This document shows, piece after piece, positions 59,754 to 64,000 of a DNA stretch of 64,000 nt (position 1 is its first letter; every line of letters starts with the position of its first letter). The notes beneath the pieces were generated by a model. The model saw nothing but the letters and a program-made list of their open reading frames with translations, was not told where the DNA came from and made no database searches. Source of the DNA: Zygnema circumcarinatum SAG 698-1b (Eukaryota > Plantae > Zygnematophyceae); contig CM074805.1 of assembly GCA_037447605.1 (NCBI GenBank), positions 806,001 to 870,000 on the forward strand. Direction: 5' to 3'. A program made the translations under genes and the position numbers.

Positions 59754-61012
59754 AAGACGTTGTACGGTGTATTAGGTTGATTGTATTATCACCTACTGTA
59801 CAGTAAGAGGAGAGCTCAAGGTGAGCGCACAAGTGGATGAACGGGAATCTAACAAACTGAGGCATCAGAAAGCAGCCAGATTAAACGTGTTGTTGTAGAG
59901 TCCTCGTTTCCATTCCATCAACAACACGAGCATCCTCCCATTTCTAAAAAAACTCCGTTTCAGATTCAAAAAAGTGACAGCGATTGTAGAACAGCAGACC
60001 TTGAAAGAAAGTGTACAAGACAAGGCCTGATTCAAGGCAACTCAAGGATCTCAACATGCGTCTAAATTGCCAGTCCCACATCTACGGATGTACCACCACC
60101 CAATTTTGGACCTGGCTCCTCGCCTTTCACGAGGGCATCCTCGACTACCGGCTGCACTTCATCCACAACCTTGTCCTTCCCTTCTTCCAAGAGCCCGCCT
60201 GCCTTCGTTTCTACGCAACTTCCTGACTCCAGAACTTTGATTTCATCCAAATCCCTTACATCATCTCCAAGATCAAAGTCGGGTTGAGGTGAAACCACGC
60301 ACCCATCCCTTCCAGCTTCTTCCAACCCATCCACCGGCTCTGGACCCTCCGGATTAACGGGTATCCCAATTGTGCCTTCAGCAACTGCCCTAACCGCCCT
60401 ACTAGCAAGGTCAAAGGCTTCCTGCACCCATCCAAGTCAGCGCATCCACATTCTTGTCAAAGGTCGGAACAACAATAATAACAAAAATAGCAGATGAAAA
60501 AATATCTCGTCACTAGCCACGCGAAACATTAGGTCAACTTCTGCACAAAATTGAGACTTGAGAGCTCCATCTTTCCAAGCAACATGACTGACGATCATTT
60601 CCTGAAAGCTTCAGAGGAAGAAGTAATGAGGAAAGGACTACTTCCTTCGCACGAACTATAAAGGAAACTCCCTCAAAGCTCGCACAGAAATATAAACACA
60701 CCTTTATAGATTCCACAGGGAGAGCAGAATCTTCCAGACCAGCGTCTTCCAAGCGTGGTGACACGGTAGAAAAGTAAAGGCCCGAATTGTACTCTGCCAT
60801 TGCTGTCGTCAGCCTGCAAGACACTTCCAATAGAATGACTTAAAAGCATAGAAGCTGATAAAAGAAATTATTACCACCACCAAACTACACAAGAAACACT
60901 CGCATGAGCAGAACCATACATCAAACCCGGAGACTCCGAGCTGGTAGCGTAGCTCACCTCCCCTACCCTCCCACTACATCTCCTGCCCTTCACCTCCCAA
61001 AAATCCACCTTT

Positions 61013-61207
61013 TCAACTCTTTTGCGGAAGCTCGAAACGCTTGCGGAACTTCGCCACCTGTCCGACGGTCTCCGAGCGCTTCCCAGGATCCCTCACGAAG
61101 TTGGGCTTCTCCACCTTGAACACCTTTCCGCAGAAGACCTTCACCACACGGCCATGGGGGGAGACGAGGGTGAGCAGCTGCAGGACGGGATGGATACCCT
61201 TCTTCAT
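61013..61207 (-). CDS. bL31m: Mitochondrial ribosomal protein bL31m, plant type, 64 aa, single exon
   Basis: MKKGIHP.LQ.L.LVSPHGR…VGQVAKFRKRF matches the plant bL31m pattern (MKKGIHP…GQIAKFKRRF). Confidence 0.85.
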   Translation of the reverse strand: MKKGIHPVLQLLTLVSPHGRVVKVFCGKVFKVEKPNFVRDPGKRSETVGQVAKFRKRFELPQKS

Positions 61208-62317
61208 CCCCACCAGCTGCGCAGAGAGCCTTCCCCCACCCTCCCCCCTTTCCCAGCTCTCTCCACCGCTCCCTCCAATGAAGAAAATTAGGGTTAGGGC
61301 TGCGACGCATATTGTACCCGGAATCCAGTGTATCGGTCAATATATCCAGTATATCGATCAGTATATACAGGGTGTGTCGAATTTTAGTATGGCTGGTATC
61401 GGGATATCGTCTCAGTGTCAGCTCCTGCCTTGCCCTCTATTTAGACACTAGGGGGCATTAGAGTTGACAAAATTTGACGGAAAGGTACTCCTCTGCAGGG
61501 GGATCGCGATGTGACCGGAGTACTGTACTCGTTCTGGAGGAAAACATACGGTTTGTTAAGTCTGAGACACCATACTTGTGGGTGGCAGAAAAATGTCAAA
61601 GGATGGGGCATGGATCTCACGATGGCGATGATGCCATCACATGGGCATGGCCAACATCAGCATGGGGAACCACGAGGAACAAACCGGTCAAAACAAAAAA
61701 AAACTCAAAGCGGAAAACCACGCCCAGGCTCAACAAAACGTAAGCCCTCCCTCGAAGCAGCCGCGAAGGTCACATCGCGCGTAGGGAGGGCGGGGAGGGG
61801 AGGGAGGGAGCGGCGGAAGGCCAGTAACAACCGCGGCTTCACGCCGAAGGAGCGGAGAAGCGAGGAGGAGGGCACCGCTGAAGGGCGACGGAAATGCGCT
61901 ATCGATAAAGAGTAGCGAGGATCGCCGGAGGAGGAGAGGAGGGCTTCCGGGGCCGTGCATCCATACTTTTAGAAAGCATTGTATTGCAGGTGATGTTTAA
62001 TTTTATGGCAGACACTTAAACAGGTCAAGCAGCATTGTTGGAAAACGTCGAGAGTTCAGACATAACAGCAAGATTCCAGACTATTGTAGGATGGTGACAG
62101 TTTCGGAGAAAACAGCGAACTCGGGGAATAAAACATTTTCAAAAGGAGTTGTACAGATTGATCTACCCCTCTATACAGAAAGAAATCCTACTCTGTCCCG
62201 AACATGCTGAAAAAGTTCTGTAATTACAACTGTACAGTAGATTTTCCAAGAGTTTAGAAACAAACTCAATATGCCTATCTAATTTAAGAGGGGACTCTGG
62301 CTGGAATCCGAAAAACT

Positions 62318-63931
62318 TCAAAAGAAAGTTGCTGTTTGATACCAAATGCTGACGATGTCCGTCACCGTCTCGTCCGTGAAAGACAGTCGATAGTTCGCCG
62401 GCTTAAATACAAAGTCTGCAGGAAATGAATCGTTGTCTCTGCAGTAAGCTTGAGCACCTGTATACCCCACTTCCGCTTGAACAGGAAGAGGCTTTGGGGC
62501 ATCAATGTCATCCGAGAACCCTAAATATCCTATATCATACTCTAAAGCATAAGCCAGAGTGTAGGAATATCCTGCAGACCCCGCACTGTATGCCATTGGA
62601 AGATTAGGGAAACCCCCAACAGCGACAACTCGAACATTCATAATCTCTTGAGCAAGATATGCGAATAGGGAACAGGTTGAGTAGCATCCTCCATTTGAAA
62701 GAATGAGAATATTGGAAGGATCGAAGAGAGCGGAAGTGTCCGCCAACGGTAGGATGAGCTCGTCAATTCCAAGGGGGCTCGGAAGACGGTCAGGGAAGGA
62801 ATAGAGGGAGGAGTATCGAGACGTGGTGTTTCCAAATGTGAGATTTACGGTTGGGAAAAAGTACTCTGAGGATGATGTGAACATTTCATCGTTCGGATAA
62901 GGGTATGTATCAAACGCCCAGTTGTATTGGCTAGGGTTCGAGAGCCAGTACTTGGTCTCCTCCATGAGCGCGTTGGATTTGGCGACCATTTTTCTAATGA
63001 GAGGTGTGGCAGGGTTCTGAATGGGATACTGCGGAAATACGACTCCCGGAAACAAGAACTCGAGGAGAACATATGAGAGGTAAGCATATCCTCCTCCGTT
63101 ATCTTGCAAGTCGATGATCAGCCGCTCTGCTCCGTTGGTCCTGTCGATGATAAGGAAACAGCAATGTCATTAGTGAATCCTTTGACAAAACTAAGGCGCA
63201 AGTTGAATGCCAATACCATACATGGTTTCATCCAAGAGTTTGCAAAATTATTCACTCAAATGCATGGCGTGTATGCACCGTGCACTTATTTGAAAGCGTT
63301 TTGCGTAACTCACAATAGGCTGCTGACACCGTTGTACACATCACTCTGCCATTCAGAGTAGTCTCCGCCGGATCCCTCAAAGTCGGGGAAAACCATAACT
63401 CCCGTAATCTTATCTCCAAGAAGGAATGTCTGTCGGTACCACACCAAGCCCCACAGCCACACCCGCAATGAGTCCGTCTCTGTTTATAAAAATAACAACT
63501 TTACTGCTGCAGTTACTGCAATTCTCACTCATGGTTGATTGTAGATTGCTATCAACCACACGTTTCCGGCTACATACCGAGACATAAGAGTCCACCAAGA
63601 CGGACACCCCCGAGGATGGAGATGCGATGCCACCAATGCGCTGCTGAAGCTTCAATCCATCGCGCTCTTTCTTCTTTGGGTTTTCTTTTCCGGTTGAAAC
63701 AGTCTCCTCCACGGCATGCTTCATATGAGCCTTGTCTTTGTGGGGCATCTTCGCCATCACGTGCTGCTTCTTCACAGTCGCTTTCGTAGCCGTTACGTCT
63801 AAACTTGATGACTCGTAGCAGTAGGTTGACCAATACTCCTCCCCGGATTGGAAGGTCGACCCATAGAACAAGACAAGCAATGGCACCACAATTGTTTCCT
63901 GTGTGGTGCTACCAACCCTGAAAGCACACAC
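62318..63931 (-). CDS. Peptidase S41-like protein (fungal ustP/CPAF-like type), 3' part; gene continues beyond the window. Exons include 63140-62318 and 63430-63314
   Basis: RLIIDLQDNGGG; ILILSNGGCYSTCSLF (catalytic Ser motif); VRVVAVGG.PN.PM.YS.G; TFLLGDKITGVMVFPDF; FQSGEEYWSTYC. Confidence 0.8.
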
Positions 63932-64000
63932 ACACGTTCACTTCTATCAGCATCTTCACACACCGCACACAAAATGATGAAATGTAAGGCTCTGATGACC

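Overview
Eukaryotic nuclear scaffold with GT-AG introns and several 10-N joins. Gene content (plant-type MTA nucleosidase, BEL1/POX, plant-type bL31m, but also a Rab34/36-like GTPase) points to a streptophyte, probably an alga; this is inference. 1-16 kb is a nest of LTR retroelements: a Ty3/gypsy remnant inside a TSD-flanked Ty1/copia, itself inside older LTR-like DNA. 17.8-42.9 kb is gene-dense: a POX-only BEL1-like gene, MTN, a CCDC174-like gene, a Rab34-like gene, an unknown membrane protein, a CBM20 protein and a Methyltransf_22-like protein. 43-45 kb holds inverted and tandem repeats. 46-59.8 kb holds a young full-length copia inside a TIR-bounded segment carrying an inverted copy of the neighbouring locus, which creates a ~7.3-kb inverted repeat. 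The window ends with bL31m and a fungal-type S41 peptidase gene. Top leads: the TIR-bounded cis gene capture, the homeodomain-less BELL gene, the half-swapped LTR pairs in both nested retroelements, and a poly(A)/TSD-flanked local inverted copy. All alignments and family assignments were made by eye, with no database searches.
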